A DNA stretch of 10,834 nucleotides from the NCBI GenBank assembly GCA_965233585.1, contig CBDDTI010000501.1, forward strand, positions 1 through 10,834, read 5' to 3'. The stretch is from a bacterium (lineage in GTDB: Bacteria > SAR324 > NAC60-12). Each line of letters opens with the position of its first letter. Within the stretch, counting starts at the first letter, position 1. Under the pieces are notes generated by a model that worked only from the letters and a program-made list of their open reading frames with translations, did not search any database and was not told the DNA's origin. Shown here in pieces: positions 7,802-10,834 of this stretch. The translations under genes were made by a program, and so were the position numbers.

Positions 7802-8590
7802 ATTAAGACTCTGGTCGAGATGGAGATTTTTCCTTCAACCAATCTATTGATGGTCGGCTTCAAAACTCCGCAGGGCCTGGTTTATAAGATTTGATATAGG
7901 TATGACGATGGAATTCAAGCCTCCACCAGTTAGAATATACCCTTTTCATCAATGATGACATGCTCAATAACCAAAGTTATAAGTTATAACACACTCAAAG
8001 ATGTTATGACCCGCGAAACGGCGACTTACAAACCACGCTTGTTAATCACCTACTAAGGTAAACCATCATTAAACAACCCACAAAAATTACTAAACAGGTA
8101 GTCGTAAGTTCGCTGGCTGCAGGTGAGCGCTGGCCCTCAAATACAAACAATCTGGCCCTTTGTTTTTTCTCCGAAACAGCTTTTATACCTATGTTTCAAT
8201 CGGTGCTTGAAAAAAAAGTAAAATCTACAAAACTGGCCTAAGGTTAAGGAAGTCAAAAAGTGACAAGATGTTTTTTGAGAATATTTGTTGGGTTCCATTG
8301 ACTCAATATGATTCCAATAATTGATGTTCATTATTGTTACTACCCGAGTTCAACTGTTCATTGAATAATAACACCCCGGTTCAATGTTGAACTATTAGTA
8401 CTAAGACCACTAATGGAAGAAATTTTCACTTTAGGCACTTAACGAACTTATAAGTATCTGATAAGTTGCTAGTATTAATATCTTGTTTAAATTATTTTTT
8501 AAAAATTAATTTTGAGTTAAGTTTCACTAATTTTTTATTGAGTTTATTACATAATAATGAATATATAATCAAATATATTCGAATATTAGT

Positions 8591-8650
8591 GAAAAATATC
8601 TGAAAATATATTTGAAAATATCTGAAAATACCTGAAAATAGCTGGAAATC
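8591..8650 (+). repeat. ~10-bp tandem repeat (CTGAAAATAY), ~6 copies
   Basis: gaaaaatatc tgaaaatata tttgaaaata tctgaaaata cctgaaaata gctggaaatc. Confidence 0.85.
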
Positions 8651-8711
8651 ATTTTTTTTGTTTTGTTTTCATTTCGAAGTTGCTGCCCAGGAATAGTTGG
8701 AGAAATAGATA

Positions 8712-9095
8712 CCTGAAAACTATGGTTCCTGTAAAGGAAAGTTCCAGTAAAGGAGATACCATCCTTTTCAGGAACTCTCCTTTGCTGGAACTTTCCTTTA
8801 CAGGAACCATCCTTTTCAGGAACTCTCCTTTACTGGAACTTTCCTTTACAGGAATCATGGTTTTCAGGCACTTTCCTTTGCTGGAACTTTCCTTTACAGG
8901 AACCATAGTTTTCAGGAACCCTCCTTTTCTGGAATTTTCCTTTATAGGAATCATGGGTTTTCAGGCACTCTCCTTTGCTGGAACTTTCCTTTACAGGAGC
9001 CATCCTTTTCAGGAACTCTCCTTTGCTGGAACTTTCCTTTACAAGAGCCATCCTTTTCAGGAATCCTGCAAAGGAAAGTTTCAGTAAAGGAAAGG
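8712..9095. repeat. 48-bp (3 x 16-bp) minisatellite, ~6.4 copies, with inverted copies on both sides
   Basis: Units start at 8758, 8806, 8854, 8902, 8950, 8999 and 9047. 8712-8747 is the exact reverse complement of 8881-8916, and 9064-9091 is an inverted partial unit. Confidence 0.95.
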
Positions 9096-9179
9096 TCCCA
9101 AAACGGAGCCTACTTTAAGCTAATTTATCTTGAATAAAGGAGAGTTTTCTGAAAATTCAGGTTCTTGAAAAGGAAAACT

Positions 9180-10225
9180 CAAACTTGAGAAAATTCAGAC
9201 ACGTCAAAATCCATAAAAATCAGAAAATACTTAAATATTAAAAAGAAGAAAATTCAGAATCCAAAAAAAAACATAAACTCCCAAAAAAAAATAGAGTCCA
9301 GAAAATTTAGAAAATTCAGAATCCAGAAAATTCAGGAAATCAAAAAACAACCCAGAAACTTTATAGAAGCAAAAAAAGAATCGATAAAATTCAGAAAATC
9401 AAAAAAGCATAGAATCCAGAAAATTCAGAAAATGGAAAAAAATAGAATCCAGAAACTTTAGAAAATTCAAAATCCAGAAAAAATAGAAAACCAAAAAAAA
9501 TAGAATCTGGAAAAAAATAGAAAATCCAGAATCCAGAAAACTCAGAAAATCTTTTAAAAAATGATTCCAGAAAATTTAGAAACCAAAAAAATGGAATCTA
9601 GAAAATTTTTAGAAAATTCAGAATCCATAAAATTCAGAAATCTAAAAAAAATAGAGTCTAGAAAATTTATAAAAGCAAAAAAACTAGAATCCAGAAAATT
9701 CAGAAAATAAAAAAAAAGGATCCAGAAAATTTAGAAACAAAAAAAAATGGAATCTAGAAAATTAGAAAAATCAGAATCCAGAAAATTCAGAAAATTCAGA
9801 ATTCAGAAAATTCAGACAATTCAGAAAATTCAGAATTCTATATGTATATATATATATTTATAATATATATATATATATAATTCAGAAAATTCAGAAAATT
9901 CAGAAATCAGATAAAATCAGAAAATAGAAAACAAACATAGAATCCAGAAAATTTAGAAAATCAAAAAAAATCTAGAAAAATTAGAAAACCTGAAAAAAAA
10001 TCCAGAAAATTTAGAAAACCCAAAAAAATTAGAATCCAGAAAATTTAGAAAACCAAAGAAACATATAATCTAGAAAAAAATGAAAATTCAGAACCCATAA
10101 AATTTAGAAAATAAAAAAAAAATAGGATCCAGAAAATTCTTGAAAAACAAAATCAAGAAAATTTGGACAATCCAAAAAAGTTAGAATCCAGAAAATTTAT
10201 AAAATCAAAAAAACAAAGAATCTAG
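9180..10225 (+). repeat. A-rich degenerate array (AGAATCCAGAAAATTCAGAAAA plus A-run units, with a CAGAAAATT 9-mer core) and an embedded (TA)n at 9839-9879
   Basis: Over 20 ATC(C/T)AGAAAA-type motifs at roughly 25-36-bp spacing, with strong A excess on the + strand. Confidence 0.92.
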
Positions 10226-10624
10226 CAGCTAAGCTAATTACAAATTCCTAATTGTTGTTGTGAGATTGATTCATGCGCTCCCTTTGTCAGGGCCGGCGGA
10301 GTATGATTTTGATCATCCCATTATTATTTTTACTTCATGAAATAAATCGATTTTCCAATGCTCCAATAAATGATGGCCTGATGGGAACCCCATGTTTATT
10401 GAATTTGATTATTGATTTATGCTATCAGATCAAATCAGATTCATGTTTGAGAGCAAAATGAAAATCTACAACGACCAGGCGAAATCAACCCACTTTGGAT
10501 ATAGACCGCTCTGTCTAAATGTTTATTTATTCTGTCAAATTAAAATGATGATATCATCACTAAGACCACTAATGGAAGATATTTTCACTTCAGGCACTTA
10601 ATGGAAATATTAGTACTTATTTGA

Positions 10625-10684
10625 ACTTATCATAGAACTTATTTTAACTTATTTTTACTTATTTTCACTTAGTTTCACTTATTT
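10625..10684 (+). repeat. 10-bp tandem repeat ATTTTCACTT-like
   Basis: attttaactt atttttactt attttcactt agtttcactt. The same 10-mer occurs within the 43-bp repeat (10581-10590). Confidence 0.85.
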
Positions 10685-10834
10685 GTTTGATATTTTCAAA
10701 GGTTCAGAGCTGATAATAGACGAAGGATTTTTCTTTTATACCTTTTGAAAAACACAATTGAATATAAGAAATAAGTAAACAGTTTTGGGTAGGTTTGCAT
10801 TATTTTTTAGCATCTATTATCCTTTTCAGGATAT

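Larger units (their letters stand above)
8400..10601 (+). mobile_element. AT-rich modular unit bracketed by 43-bp direct repeats (either one element with terminal repeats or the starts of two sibling elements)
   Basis: ACTAAGACCACTAATGGAAGA(A/T)ATTTTCACTT(T/C)AGGCACTTAA at 8400-8442 and 10559-10601, 41/43 identical. The interior is mostly successive tandem arrays with no credible ORF. Confidence 0.55.

Noticed and set aside
7965..8060. Possible decayed palindromic short element (GTTATAAGTTATAAC ... CACCTACTAAG); similar hints at 1-30 and 1140-1238
   Set aside because: Too degenerate; no terminal inverted repeats could be paired from the sequence alone.
8130..8240. CTGGCCCT motif at 8130 and 8152, near-copy at 8233
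   Set aside because: Short, irregularly spaced and compatible with chance.
8649..9087. ORFs with 16-aa repeats (MVPVKESSSKGEFLKR / NSPLLELSFTGTILFR)
   Set aside because: Products of the 48-bp array on both strands, with a frameshift in unit 5 and orientation flips.

Overview
Repeat-dominated eukaryotic nuclear DNA with no prokaryotic gene organisation, rRNA, tRNA or CRISPR. The repeat styles (CCAGATAGAATG/CCAGAAGATATG array, a ~95-bp GGTAAACTAACAT palindromic element, GATTTAACCATC low-complexity tracts) and the short AG|G-bounded exon candidates resemble Symbiodiniaceae dinoflagellate genomes; this assignment is recognition from memory, not verified. Bases 1-3.6 kb probably hold small phase-0 exons of a + strand gene with a degenerate EF-hand-like segment. 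The long candidate intron contains a modular hairpin/minisatellite element (1279-2104) and an intronless coiled-coil ORF broken by one TAA (2562-2792). The rest is a MITE-like palindrome (~4010-4106), a GC-rich 9-bp-repeat element (~4108-5010), a ~1.2-kb higher-order repeat alternating 44-bp satellite with AAC-type microsatellite (5015-7801), and a ~2.2-kb AT-rich unit bracketed by 43-bp direct repeats (8400-10601) that contains a 3x16-bp array with two fold-back inversions. Nearly all long ORFs in the supplied track are repeat artefacts.
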